From Amphiscolops sp. MND2022 (Eukaryota): 64,000 nucleotides of DNA. The position numbers were made by a program, and so were the translations under genes. Shown piece after piece: positions 22,019 to 36,839 of the stretch. The notes under the pieces were generated by a model, which did not search any database, had not been told where the DNA came from, and saw nothing but the letters and a program-made list of their open reading frames with translations. The stretch's first letter is position 1, and the number at the start of each line of letters is the position of its first letter. The stretch covers positions 3,474,001 to 3,538,000 of the forward strand of contig OZ076409.1 in the NCBI GenBank assembly GCA_964187785.1, read 5' to 3'.

Positions 22019-24023
22019 CTAGCTGCTACCGCACTCCAGAGTGCGGGTAAGGCTCATTTGGCATACGTCGTCGAAGGGCATGCCTCGGCATGCCCACAGA
22101 CGGTGGGCGTTGATGTTGGTATGTGGCGTTGTTATACAAATCACAGGGTCATGACATAGGCTCAGATCATGGGTGACGGAAGACTGATAACGGAAGAGAA
22201 AACAAATGTGATAGTATTCAAAGGTTAGAAGTTGTTATTTATTATTTAGAAATAAAATTATTTACCAAATAATAAACAAAAATGTCTTCGAGTTCATAAG
22301 TATTTTTTCAAACTCTGCATGCTATCGTCAGCTGACATGATGGAAGATACTAACGGTAGTATACAATCACGAAAATAGGCATCGACAGCAAAATCCGATT
22401 AACAAATGGTAGTTTTGTTTATAGTTTTTGGTGGTGATAGCCTTCCCAAGTTGACACAAGGTCAACTTAAAAGGCTATCACAAGATACAGTTTAAAGCTA
22501 CATGTAAAATTTTAAAAAAATGTGCAGTCTGGATTGTAGAAAGAGTACATGTGAGGACTTTGAACGGTATTTCCAATCATATTGGGTCCATAAGGTTGCG
22601 TTAGAAGTATATAAAGGGTATTTAGGCTCAATCATCGCGTTTATATCTTAGCAAAATAGCGTATTTTTTATCTTCTGCTTTCTCTTCTGCCATAAATGTA
22701 ACCCATGCGAAGGTATTTTTTCGGAAAACAAAAAAATTGAGAGGTTCTGATCAACCACAGTGTTCATTCATATTCTAACCTTAGAATAAAGTATTTGAAA
22801 GCATTTTGCGAAGTTAGGTTTTTGAGATAATGGGCTAAAAATTTTGGAAAATATAGTACTATATGGGAAAAAATGTCTCATACACACCCTTGAGCAGGCC
22901 GATTACATCAAAAACCTCATTATAGTGCTGAAACTCATCCTACGCACTCTGTGCACATAGTGATTGACAAAAATGAGTAAAATTTTGATGAAATCACATT
23001 TCACAGTGATCGCTGGCTTGCGAGATCTTTACCTCAATTGAGACGTATTGCTCAAAATAACGTCTTATCGCGACTCATATGTTATTGGAGCCATTGATAC
23101 CAGTGTCAATCGTTGTTTTGAGTATCATAGGCCCCATGGGTTACGTCAGAGTTAATAATTTTGCTTGAAAATCTTAATTTCAATTTTCGACCTGACAAAA
23201 AATGGGTATTTTGGTCGAAATTTTTCTAAGTTAAGTTCCGAATGACTGAAAAATGACTGAAGACTAGGTGAAAATATTTTTTTAAAACTTTCTATTGCTA
23301 TAAATGGTTCCTACGTTACCAGTAGGACCGTTCTAGAACATTAAGGCTATAGCCGACAAGCCTCGATGAAAATATTGTGTTCAAAATGACCAACTTGTAA
23401 ATTAATACTAAGTTGAGAAATCCTTGTGAAACGCTTATGACCCAGAAAAAATTTTTATTTTCACATTGGATGCAAACTGTTGGGTGTTTGGCTGCGAGTA
23501 GGTTCCGACAGAAACCATGGATACCAAGGTTTCCAAGTTAAAGCAAATAAAAATTTTTTTCTGAGGTGTTTTTGACATATATGGTACTGATAGTAGTGAA
23601 AAAAATTTCAAAAATCTCGAATTTTCGAAAAATGTAAAAACTTTACATCTTTTGTGTTCAGTGCAATGCCACAGCCACGAAATGAAGGTTCCAAGCTTGT
23701 TTCACAGTCAAAGTCCAAAAATTAACACATTTTGAGATATTAAGTGAAAAATTAGAAATTTCCCAAAAATGTTGAAATTTTGAACAAAAAATTGGCCATA
23801 ACTTTTTATAAAATTTATAGAACGCTTAGCTTCAGCAGGAACTTCGTCTTGCAATAGGATTTGAGGGCCGCATGCAAATTTTGAGCAAATTCTAATGGTT
23901 AGATTAAATTTTAGGTCTTTTTTTTGCAATTTCTGCTACATACCGCTAGCTTAAGGCGGATCGTCGGCCGCCAGGACCCTACCCGTCGGCCGAATACAAA
24001 CGGGGTGAAATTTCCCCGCCCAC
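22019..24023 (-). mobile_element. Array unit C, copy 2 (2005 bp)
   Basis: Same head, body and tail as 16758-18765. Confidence 0.85.
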
Positions 24024-27000
24024 CTAGCCGCTACCGCAATCGGGTGTAGATATAAAAAGTAGTTGGCATACGTCGTCGAAGGGCATGCCTCGGCATGCCC
24101 ACAGACGGTGCTCGTTGGTAACAGTAAGTGGCATTATACAAATGACGACAGAGTAGAGACATGGTAAGGTGTTTAGTATGATGGATGATAAGGGTAGAAG
24201 ACACCAAAACCAAAACTATATCAATTTCAAAAAAAATAATATATTTTTTCGGTTGTGATTTGAAAACGCTAATCACATAATTCTGTAGTTAAACTCTTCG
24301 GGATTGCAAAATTTGGATGACAGTTATTTGGCAAACGTACATTCCCACAGAAGGGAAGGGATGTACTTAACGAAAGTACCTAACGGCATTGAAAATTAAG
24401 AACAACAAAGACTTGTGAGTCAATTCTATCATAATATCTCAAATACCTCCGTCATGTACACTAAGCTAACGTCACCAAAAGAACACACGCATGCATGCTC
24501 GAAACAAACATTCTGTTCTTTCTGAAAGCTTTCCACGGTGTTATTAATATAGAAGTTAGTTTTCCACTATTGTCGTCACAGATCGATTTATCCTCAAAAG
24601 ATTATAAGTCAACGTCATCTTGAGATAAAGGCCAGTTCTTTACATTATTTATCCCATCCATTAAAGTGGATTCAGCATTCATTCACTTGCTATCTTGATT
24701 GTGTGGAGTTTCATGAATTTGGAAGGCCGGAAAGATTTGAAAAAACTTGTGAACTTCCTCAGTCAAACCTTTGTTCACTGGGTAATACAATCGAACTTAA
24801 CTGCGGCAAATGTGTCTTTTGGTTTTGTTCTGCAGAAATAGAAGCTGAAGCAAAACTTCATGAAGGTACTAGAAGCATTTTTATTCTTTCATCGTTTCAG
24901 CAGTTACATACAATGTTACAAAAGAATCAAACTTCGAAGTTTTTGGCTTTTGAAAAGTACATTCTCATCTCCCCCGATGGGGAGATAGAATGTACTCAAG
25001 TGTTTCTTGTTATTTAATGGTTAAGATTAAAGTTGATTGGACGTATTCCATTGAGATTTCGATGAAACTTAGGGTCCATTTATGTATTATCACATGTCAA
25101 CCTCTTATGAAGCTCACTCTCAAAAAAAATTAAGTATAAATGTTATCGCTAATTTAAAAATATTAGACCGGGTATATATGTGGAATGATTCACTTTTTAT
25201 ATGGAACAGATTATGGTGTTCTTACCAAAAAATCGGTGGTTTTAAATATAGCTCAAAAGATTGCCAATACCTGATTTGGTATTCTCTGAAGGTCATATGG
25301 ATTTGATAGAACGTCAAGAGGCTGTGGTTTGGATGATTTTTTGACAATTTTTATATCTAAAGTTTCTTTTTCGTGTCATTTTTGCCCATTTTTGGAGGGT
25401 TTAATATTTTTTCATATCCACCAAAAATCATTCTAAACAAAATTCTGATAATCAACAATAGAAGTAGAGTTGATCGGTATGTGATAGTTTTCTGGGCTAT
25501 TCTCATACGGCAAATGGCGTGCATTTGAAATTTTTCAGGAAACGGTATGTTTTTCTTTCCCAAAAATGTCGGCTTTTTCACATATTGCTCAAAAACGGGT
25601 AAAACCTGTTTTACCATACTCTGTGGACCACGTGGAGTTGATAGAACCCCAAGAAGCTGTGGTTTGTATGATTTTTTGACTTTTTAAAATTTTAAGGTCA
25701 ATTTTTTCGTGTCATTTTGGCCCATATTTGGAGGGTTCAAAATTTTTTCATATCCATTAAAAATCTTTCTAAGCAACTTTCTGATAATTTACAATAGAAG
25801 TAAAGTTGATCGGTATGTGATAGCTTTCTGTGCTATTCTCATAGAGCAAATGGCGTGCATTTGAAATTTTTTAGGAAATGGTATGTATTTCTTTCCCAAA
25901 AATGTCGGCTTTTTCATATATTGCTCAAAAACGGGTAAAACCTGATTTAGCATACTCTGTGGATCACGTGGAGTTGATAGAATCCCAAGAAGCCGTGGTT
26001 TTGATGATTTTTTTACATTTTAAAATTTTTAGGTCATATTTATCGTGTAATTTTTTCCCTGTTTTGGAGGATTTAAATTTTTTAAATATCCATCAAAACC
26101 TATTCTAAACTAAATTCTGTTCATCTACAATGGAAGTGGAGTTGATCGGTATGTGGTAGTTTTCTGTGCTACTCTCATACAGCAAATGGCGTGCATTCAA
26201 TATTTTTTAAGAAATGGTATGTTTTTCTTTCCCAAAAATGTCGGCTTTTTCACATATTGCTCAAAAACGGGTAAAACCTATTTTAGCGTACTCTGTGGAC
26301 CACGTGGAGTTGATAGAACCCCAAGAAGCTGTGGTTTTGATGATTTTTTGACATTTTAAAAATTTAAGGTCAATTTTTTCGTGTAATTTTGGCACATTTT
26401 TGGAGAGTTCAAAATTTTTTAATATCCATCAAAATTCAATCAAAACAAAATTCTAATAATCTACAAGGGGAGTAGAGTTGATCGGTATATGATAGTTTTC
26501 TGTGCTACTCTTATACGTCAAATGGGGTGCATTTGAAATTTTTTAGGAAATGGTATGATTTTTAGGAATTTCGTCAAAAAAGTTTGCTTTTTAAATTTAT
26601 TTAAATTGAAAAGATACGGGGTTATTACACATGTCATATAACCAACTTTTTGAGCGGAATCCAATGGTGCCATCGAAAAAATTATTTACCAGCTAACATT
26701 TTTAGTACTGCCAAAATAACCGAAAAAGGAAACAACTTTTTCATGATTTGGCGATTTGTTCATCCGGACATGGTCCAAACACCAATACTAGCATTCTTCC
26801 ATCATATTTATTGTTCTAACACTTCAACCCATCATAAAGAAACATTTCAATTATATTTTGAATATTAACTTCATGTGACAAAGGGTTGAAATATTTTAAA
26901 AAGTTAGTAGAAAAGAGGAAGTTTTTGTTTTATAGAACGCCCTGAGCAACCCATATTATGGTAGAACCTCATTTCACGGCTGAAACTAACACAACCGGTT

Positions 27001-28794
27001 CTGTGTAAATAGTGATTGACGAAAAAGAAATATTTTTTGATGAAATCACTTCTCACGGTGATTCAAGGCTTTCAACATGTTTACTTCGGATGAGAGTTTT
27101 TGTGTTAAAAACATACTATCGCATCTCATATGTTATTAGATCATATGGTGACAGTCTTTTTGTTGTTTTTGAGTAATTTGGGCCCAACTTTTTGCTTCAG
27201 ACAGAAAAGTATTGCTTCCTAAACTAAATTTAAAATTGCGACCTGACAAAAATGGGTTTCTCAGAAAAAAAATTATTACCTAAGTGTTAATAAATAGACC
27301 TCGGTCTTATTTATAGCGATTGTCAGCATTGTTAATGGTATTTTCGAACCTCCTGGGTAAAAGAAGTGGCATCAGAAGTTGTTGAAACGTTTTTGCTCTG
27401 CATCATTGCATGTCTGTCCGTCCAAAATTGGGATTTTTGGAGCTACTGGTATTTTTCCTGTCACATATGTAACGCATGCGAAGGGTTTTTTTCTAAAAAC
27501 CAAATAGTTAATAGTTTCTGATCAACCAAACTGTTCATCTATATTCTAAGCTTTCACTAAAGTAACTGAAAGTACTTTGTCGAGTTAGTTTTACCAGATA
27601 ATGGGCTAAAATTTTTGGAAAATACAGTAGTATATGGGAAAAAAATGTCTCATACCACCCCTTGAGCAACCCGAATCCTTCAAAAACCTCATTATAGTGC
27701 TGAAACTCACCCTACGCACTCTGTGCACATAGTAAATGGCGAAAATGGGTAAATTTTTGATGAAATCACATTTCACTGTGATCCCAGGCTTGCGAGATGT
27801 TTACTTCGATTTAGAGGTTTTGCTCTGTATAACGTCTTATCGCGGATCATATGTTATCGAAGCTACTGATACCAGTCCCAATCGTGTTTTTGCGTATCAT
27901 GGGCCCCACTGGTTACGTCAGAGTTAATAATTTTGCATAAAAAGGTGAATTTCAATTTTCGACCAGAGGAAAAATGGGTTTTTGAGACGAAATTTTTCTA
28001 AGATAAGTTCCGAATGTCTGAAAAATGACTGAAGAACGGGTGAAAAAAATTTTTTATAACTTTGTATTTCTATAAATGGTTAATACGTTGCCAGTAGGAC
28101 CATTCGTGAGCAATAAGACTCTATCCGACACGCCTCGATGGAAATATGATGTTGAAAATGACCAATTTGTAAATTGAAACTAAGTTGTGAAATCCTTGTG
28201 AAACACCTATGACCTCGAAAAAAAATTCATATTCACTTTGGATGCAAACTGTTGAGTGTTTGGCTGCGAGTAGGTTCCGACAGAAACCATGGATACCAAG
28301 GTTTCTAAATTTAAGCAAATAAAAATTTTTTTCTGAGGTGTTTTTGTCACATTGGTTACATATAGTAGTGAACACCGAGTCAATTTGGTCAAATTTTTGA
28401 AAAATGTAAAAAATTTAGATCTTTTGGGTCTAGTGCATTGCTAGGGCAAAGAATCGAAGGTTTAAACCAGTGATAGGTTGATTGTCACAAGTTTTTCAAT
28501 TTTTTGCATTCGAGCTGTTTGTAAAAAGTTTCTCAAAAATACCTCAAAAATCGCACCAAAAAGTGGCTATATCTCGTTACACAATGAAACCATTGCTTAA
28601 CGTCAGCAGGAACTTCGTCTTGTATGCCCAAATTAGGGCCGCATGCAAAAAATGGTACAAATCCTATGGTTCAAAAAAAAGTTCGGTGCCGGAAAAATTT
28701 TCTCTAGTATATAGCGCCGTAAGCTTGGTAAATAGAAGCTCCCGACAGGACCCTACCCGCGGTCGCAAAAAAAGTGGAGATATATCCCCCCCAC
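24024..28794 (-). mobile_element. Array unit F, subtype 1 (4771 bp)
   Basis: Head CTAGCCGCTACCGCAATCGGGTGTAG; internal 336-bp repeats; tail GGAGATATATCCCCCCCAC. Confidence 0.85.
25210..26570. repeat. About 4 x 336-bp tandem repeat inside F1
   Basis: Anchor GTRRAGTTGATCGGTAT at 25464, 25800, 26136 and 26472. Confidence 0.85.
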
Positions 28795-30072
28795 CTAGCC
28801 GCTACCGCAAAAGTGCGGGCGCGCTTGTGTTTGGCGCGCGTCGTCGAAAGGCATGCCTCGGCATGCCTACGGACTATGGGCGTTGGTAAGGGTATGTGGC
28901 GTTGACGTTTGTTATGTATATGATGGGTATTGTCAGTACCAAACGTACAGTATACGTCAAGTCAGAAGCAAAATCCAGCCAAACAACTTGTATTTATATG
29001 CACTAGCATAGAGGGCGTCGCATAAAACCAAATATGATCTATAGTACCTGGACTTTAGGAAGTACATTCTCATCTCCCCCAAGAGGGAGATGGAATGTAC
29101 ACAACTGTTTCATTCTCTCGGATTGATTATGCAGTATCAAAAATTTTCAAATAGGGTCAAAAGAACTTGAAAGGCTTCGGAGCTATACACAGCTACTAAT
29201 GACTAACGGAAATGACCAACAAAGCAAGTTTTTAATTTAAAAAATGATAAAGTTTTTCCACTGACAAATTTCATGAAAAGTGTCGAATATTGATTTAAAG
29301 AAAGTAAAAAGAATTTTAAAGGCTTTCTTTAGCTAATACAAGAAATCAGTTTGTTTCTGAGCATTTGTTTCTACCTGTAAGTCGCCTTAAACTCAACTTT
29401 AGGTTTTTAAATTCTGATATTTTCACTCGTTAGATTGAAAATGAGTGATTTTTCACTATTAAAAATGGCGTAAGTTGAACTGCGGAATAAAGTTACTTCG
29501 TTGCCAGATTCAGGTTCCCCGTATGCGAAAACCTATATGGGAGAGCAAAAAACATCAAAAACGTGCAAAAAAAGGTGTTTTAAAAACATTTTAAAAATAT
29601 TTAGTGGAACTTAGAAAAAATTCAATAAATTATATCAAAAAACATTGAAATGAAAAAAAAGTGTGAAATTTTGAAAAAACTAAACACTTTTGACAAAATC
29701 TGATTATGCAAGCCAATTGATGGCTATTTGCAGACCTTATAACCTCTTATGACTCACTTCACCAAAATCAACCAATTCTGAGGAAATTGACCAAAAAAAG
29801 CGAAAAAGTCAAATTTTTGCCTTAGACGGTCAAAAAATTTTCAATTTGACCAACTTTTTGAATTTTCTGGGCAAAATGTCACTAAGACAAAGTCATTTGT
29901 TTACCAAGACGATGCTGTATGCCAATTTTCAGCCAAATCGTACGGGCCAATTTTTTAAACTCGCAGATTTTCACATTTTTCCTCCGTAAGAAATTGGTAA
30001 CGGCCCGGGACCCTACCCCGGCCTAAAAAAAGTGGACTACGCTCATAAAGAAAATCCCATGCTAACGACCAC
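28795..30072 (-). mobile_element. Array unit E, copy 2 (1278 bp)
   Basis: Near-identical by eye to 20742-22018. Confidence 0.85.
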
Positions 30073-32071
30073 CTAGCCGCTACCGCACTCCAGAGTGCGG
30101 GATAAGCTCATTTGGCATACGTCGTCGAAGGGCATGCCTCGGCATGCCCACAGACTATGGGCGTCGGAACGCTATGTGACGCGACGTTGTAATAAGGACA
30201 TACATTGCGAGGACGTTGGGGATGGCTGGAGATGATAACGGTCGAAAAGATTGAAGTTATACTTCCTAGTGGTTTTAATTAGGTTTTTTTAATTATTTGT
30301 TTTTATTTTTTGTAAACAAAAAAAAGAGAATTGACTTCAAGTTCATACATTCTTATCAAACACTGAAAGCAATCGTTAGCTGACCTGATGGAAGGATCTA
30401 ACGATAGGATCGAATTACGAAAATAGGCATCGACAGCAAAGTCAAATTAACAAATGGTAATTTTGTTTATAGTTTTTTGTGGTGATAGCCTTCCCAAGTT
30501 GACACAAGGCCAACTTAAAAGGCTATCACAAGATTCAGTTTAAAGCTACATGTAAAACTTTCAAAAAAAGTGCAGTCTGGATTGTAGAAAGAGTTTATGT
30601 GAGGACTGTGAACGGTATTTCCAATCATATTGGATCCATAAGGTTGCGTTAGAAGTATTTAAAGGGTATTTAGGCACAATCATCGCGTTTCTATCTTAGC
30701 AAAATAGCGTATTTTTTATCTTCTGCTTTCTTTTCTGCCATAAATGTAACCCATGCGAAGGTATTATTTCAGTAAAACAAAAAAATGAGAGGTTCTGATC
30801 AACCACAGTGTTCATTCATATTCTAACCTTAGAATAAAGTAATTGAAAGCATTTTGCGAAGTTAGGTTTTTGAGATAATGGGCTAAAAATTTTGGAAAAT
30901 ACAGTACTATATGGGAAAAAAATGTCTCATACACCCCCTTGAGCAGGCCGATTATTTCAAAAACCTCATTATAGTGCTGAAACTCATCCTATGCACTCTG
31001 TGTACATAGTAATTGACAAAAATATGTAAACTTTTGGTGATCTCACATTTCACTGTGATCCCAGGCTTCCGAGATGTTTACTCCGATTTAGAGGTTTTGC
31101 TCTAAATAACGTCTTATCCCGACTCATATGTTATTGGAGCCACTGGTATCAGTCCCAACGGTGTTTTTGAGTATCATTAGCCCCACTGGTTACGTCAGAG
31201 TAAAAAATTTTGCTTCAAGTGCTGAAATTCAAATTTCGACTTCACCAAAAATGGGTATTCGAGACGAAAATTTTCTAAGTTAAGTTCCGAATGACTGAAA
31301 AATGACTGAAGACCGGGTGAAAATTTTTTTTAAAACTTTCTATTACTATAAATGGTTCCTACGTTGCCAGTGGGACCGTTCTATAACATTAAGACTATAG
31401 CCGACAAGCCTCGATGAAAATATTGTGTTCAAAATGACCAATTTGTAAATTAAAACCAAGTTGAGAAATCCTTGTGAAACACCTAAGACCTCGAAAAAAA
31501 TTTTAAATTCACACTGGATGCAAACTGTTGGGTGTTTGGCAGCGAGTAGGTTCCGACAGAAACCATGGATACCAAGGTTTCCAATTTGAAGCAAATAAAA
31601 ATTTTTTTCTGATGTGTTTTTGACATATGGGGTACTGATAGTAGTGAAAAAAATTTCAAAAATCTCGAATTTTCGAAAAATGTAAAAACTTTACATCTTT
31701 TGTGTTCAGTGCAATGCCACAGCCACGAAATGAAGGTTCCAAGCTTGTTTCACAGTCAAAGTCCAAAAATTAACACATTTTGAGATATTAAGTGAAAAAT
31801 TAGAAATTTCCCAAAAATGTTGAAATTTTGAACAAAAAATTGGCCATAACTTTTTATAAAGTTTATAGAACGCTTAGCGTCAGCAGGAACTTCGTCTTGC
31901 AATAGGATTTGAGGGCCGCATGCAAATTTTGAGCAAATTCTAATGGTTAGATTAAATTTTAGGTCTTTTTTTTGCAATTTCTGCTACATACCGCTAGCTT
32001 AAGGCGGATCGTCGGCCGCCAGGACCCTACCCGTCGGCCGAATACAAACGGGGTGAAATTTCCCCGCCCAC
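30073..32071 (-). mobile_element. Array unit G, copy 1 (1999 bp); own head with C-type tail
   Basis: Head CTAGCCGCTACCGCACTCCAGAGTGCGGGATAAG...GGAACGCTATGTGACGCG; tail as in C. Confidence 0.85.
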
Positions 32072-35000
32072 CTAGCCGCTACCGCAATCGGGTGTAGATA
32101 TAAAAATTAGTTGGCATACGTCGTCGAAGGGCATGCCTCGGCATGCCCACAGACGGTGGGAGTCGGAACGCTATGTGGCGTTGTAAAATGAAGACAAGCG
32201 AGAGACATGGTAAGGTGCTTGTTATGATGGATGATAAAAGTAGAAGATACCAAAATCAAAACAAATTATCAATTTTCATAAAAAAAATTTTAAAAAATGT
32301 TAATCGGTTGTGATTTGGAAACGCTAAAGACGTGTTTATGTATTTAAACTCTTCGCGAATGCAAAATTTGGATGACAGTCATTTGGCAAACGTACATTCC
32401 CAGAGAAGGGGATAGAATGAATGTACTTAATGGCATAAAAAAATAGGAAAAACAAAGACTTGTGAGTAAATTTTATCATAATAGATCGAAAACTTCCATC
32501 ATGTACACTAAGCTAATGCCACCAAATGAACCCACGCATACATGCTCGAATCGAAAATACTGCAATTTCTGAACGCTTTCCACGCCATTATTCATATAAT
32601 AATTAGTTTCGCACTATTATGGTCAAAAATTGAACTATCCTCTAAAGATCATAAATCAACGTCATCTTCAGATAAAGGTAAGTTCTACACGTTATTTATT
32701 TTAACTAAAATGATGCATTCCACATTCATTCCTTTACTATCTTGGTTGTGTAGACGTTTCATGATTTTGGAAGGCGGGAAAGTTTTGAGACAACTTGTAA
32801 TCTTCCTGTCATACCTTTGTTCACTGGGTAATACAGTCGAACTTAACTGCGAAAAATATGTATGTCTTATGGTTTTGTTCTGCAGAAATAAAAGGTGAAG
32901 CAAAAAATCTTGAAGTTATTAGAAGAATTTTTTATCTTTCATCATTTCAGCTGTTACAGTAAGTGTTACAAAAGATAGAAAGATCTAAGTTTTTAGTTTT
33001 TGAAAAGTACATTCTCATCTCCCCGATAGGGAGATGGAATGTACTTAAGTGTTTTTTGTTATCGAATTGTTAAGATTGAAGTTGATTGGACGTATTCCAT
33101 TGACTTTTCGATGAAACTTGGAATCCATTTACGTATTATCACATCTCAAACTTTTATGAAGCTCACATTCAAAAAACATCAAGTATATATTTTTTTGCTA
33201 ATTTAGAATATTAGACAGGGTATATATGTGGAATGATTCACTTCTTATATTGAACATATTATGGTTTTCTTCAGAATAAAATTGGTCTTTTTAATTATCG
33301 CCCAATGTTAATAACTTGTTTGGTATACTCTGAAAGTCATATGGAAATGATAGAACCCCAAGAAGCTGGGGTTTTGATGAATATCTGACATTTTAATACT
33401 TAGGGTCAATTTTTCCGTGTGATTTTGGCCCATATTAGGAGGGTTTAAAATTTATAAATATTCATCAAAAGTTATTCTAAGCAAACTTCTGGTAATCTAC
33501 AAAAAGAGTAGAGTTGATTGGTATGTGATAGTTGTCTGTGCTATTGTTATACGCCAAATGGCGTGCATTTGAAGTTTTTTAGGAAATGATATGTTTTTCT
33601 TCCTCAAAAAAATCGGCTTTCCTAAATTTTGCTCAAAAACGCGCAAAACCTGGTTTGGCATACTCTGTGGGCCATGTGGAGTTGATAGAACCTCAAGAAG
33701 CTGTGGTTTTGATGATTTTTAGACATTTTAAAATTTTAGGGTCAATTTTTTCGTGTAATTTTAGCCCATTTTCGGAGGGTTCAAAATTTTTTTATATCCA
33801 TCAAAATTCATTCAAAACAAAGTTCTAATAATCTACAATAGGAGTAGAGTTGATCGGTATATGATAGTTTTCTGTGCTATTCTTATACGCCAAATGGCAT
33901 GCATGTGAATTTTTTTAGGAAATGTTATGTTTTTCTTTCCCAAAAATGTCGGCTTTTCCACATATTGCTCAAAAACGGGTAAAACCTGTTTTAGCGTACT
34001 CTGTGGACCATGTGGAGTTGATAGAACCCCAAGAAGCTGTTTTTTTGATGATTTTTCGACATTTTAATATTTTAAGGACAATTTTTTCGTGTAATTTTTG
34101 CCCACTTTTGGAGGATTTATATTTTTTATTATCCGTCTAATTTTCATTTAAACTAACTTCTAATCATCTACAATGAAAGTAGAGTTGATCGGTATGTGAT
34201 AGTTTTCTGTGCTATTCTCATACGGCAAATGGCGTGCATTTGAAATATTTTAGGAAATGGTATGTTTTTCTTTCCCAAAAATGTCGGCTTTTTCAAATAT
34301 TGCTCAAAAACGGGTAAAACCTGTTTTAGCGTACTCTGTGGACCACGTGGAGTTGATAGAACCCCAAGAAGCTGTGGTTTTGATGATTTTTTGACATTTT
34401 AAAATTTTAAGGTCAATTTTTTTGTGTAATTTTGGTCCATTTTTGGAGGGTTCAAAATTTTTTAATATTCTTCAAAATTCAATCAAAACAAAATTCTAAT
34501 AGTCTACAATGGGAGTAGAGTTGATCGGTATATGATAGTTTTCTGTGCTATTCTTATACGTCAAATGGAGTGCATTTGAAATTTTTTAGGAAATGGTATG
34601 ATTTTTAGGATTTTCGTCAAAAAAGATTGCTTTTTAAATTTATTCAAATTGAAAAGATACGGGGTTATTACACATGTCTTATGATCAACTTTTTGAGCGG
34701 AATCCAATGGTGCCTTCGAAAAAAATATTTATCAGCTAACATTTTTAGTACTGCCAAAATAACCAAAAAAGGAAACAATTTTTTCTTGATTTTGCGATTT
34801 GTTCATCCGGACATGGTCCAAACACCAATACTAGCATTCTTCGATCATAGTAATTGTTATAACAATTCACCACAACCTTAAGAAACAATTCAAAGAGATT
34901 TTGAATATTAACTTCGTGTGACAAAGGGTTGAAATATTTGTAGAAGTTAGTAGAAAAGAGGAAGTTTTTGCCTTATACAACACCTTGAGCAACCGATATT

Positions 35001-36839
35001 ACGGTAGAACCTCATTTCACGACTGAAACTAACACAACGGGTTCTGTGTATTTAGTGATTGACGAAAAAGAAATATTTTTTGATGAAATCACTTCTCACG
35101 GTGATTCAAGGCTTTCAACATGTTTACTTCAGAATGAGAGTTATTGTGTTAAAAACATACAGTCGCATCTCATATGTTATTAGAGCATATGGTGATAGTC
35201 TTTTTGTTGTTGTTGAGTATTTTGGGCCCAACGGTTTGGTTCAGAGTGAAAACTATTGCTTCCAAAACCAAATTTGAATTTGCGACCTGACAATAATGGG
35301 TTTCCGAGAAAAAAATTTAAAACCTAAGTGTTAGTAAATAGACCTCGATCTTATTTATTGCGAATGTCAGCATTGTTAATGGTGTTTTCGAACCTCTTGG
35401 GTAAAAAAAGTGGCGTCAGAAGTTGTTGAAACGTTTTTGTTTTGCATCATTGGAAGTCAGTACGTCCAAATTTTTGATTTTTGGAGCTACTGGTATTTTT
35501 CCTGCCACTAATGTAACACATGCAAGGCAGTTTTTTTCTAAAAACAAAATAGTTAATAGTTTCTGATCAACCACAGTGTTCATCTATATACTAAGCTTCG
35601 AATAGAGTAACTGAAAGTATTTTGTCAAGTTAGTTTTTCCAGATAATGGGCTAAAATTTTTGGAAAATACAGTAGTATATGGGAAAAAAATGTCTCATAC
35701 CACACTTTGAGCAACCCGAATCCTTCAAAAACCTCATTATAGTGCTGAAACTCACCCTACGCACTCTGTGCACATAGTAATTGGCGAAAATGGGTAACTT
35801 TTTGATGAAATCACATTTCACAGAGATCCCTGGCTTGCGAGATGTTTACCTCAATTGAGACGTATGGCTAAAAATAACGTCTTATCGCGACTCATATGTT
35901 ATTTGAGCCAATGGTACCAACCCCAATCGTTGTTTTGAGTATCATGGGCCCCACTGGTTACGTCAGAGTTAATAATTGTGCTTAAAAAGCTGAATTTGAG
36001 TTTTCGACCTGACAAAAAATGTGTTTTTGAGACGAAATTTTTCTAAGATAAGTTCCGAATGTCTGAAAAATGATGGAAGAACGGGTGAAAAAATTTTTTT
36101 ATAACTTTGTATTTCTATAAATGGTTAACACGTTGCCAGTAGGACCGTTCGTAAGCAATAAGACTCTATCCGACATGCCTCGATGGAAATATGATGTTGA
36201 AAATGACCAATTTGTAATATGAAACTAAGTTGTGAAATCCTTGTGAAACACCTATGACCTCGAAAAAAAATTTAAATTCACATTGGATGCAAACTGTTGA
36301 GTGTTTGGCTGCGAGTAGGTTCCGACAGAAACCATGGATACCAAGGTTTCTAAATTTAAGCAAATAAAAATTTTTTTCTGAGGTGTTTTTGTCACATTGG
36401 TTACATATAGTAGTGAAACCCGAGTCAATTTGGTCAAATTTTTGGAAAATGTAAAAGTTTTAGATCTTTTGGGTCTAGTGCATTGCTAGGGCAAAGAATC
36501 GAAGGTTTAAACCAGTGATAGGTCGATTGTCACAAGTTTTTCAATTTTTTGCATTCGAGCTGTTTGTAAAATTTTTCTCAAAAATACCTCAAAATTCGCA
36601 CCAAAAAGTGGCTATATCTCGTTACACAATGAAACCATCGCTTAACGTCAGCAGGAACTTCGTCTTGTATGCCCAAATTAGGGCCGCATGCAAAAAATGG
36701 TACAAATCCTATGGTTCAAAAAAAAGTTCGGTGCCGGAAAAATTTTCTCTAGTATATAGCGCCGTAAGCTTGGTAAATAGAAGCTCCCGACAGGACCCTA
36801 CCCGCGGTCGCAAAAAAAGTGGAGATATATCCCCCCCAC
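32072..36839 (-). mobile_element. Array unit F, subtype 2, copy a (4768 bp)
   Basis: F head and tail; body diverged from F1. Confidence 0.85.
33260..34610. repeat. About 4 x 336-bp tandem repeat inside F2a
   Basis: Anchor at ~33508, 33844, 34179 and 34515. Confidence 0.85.
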
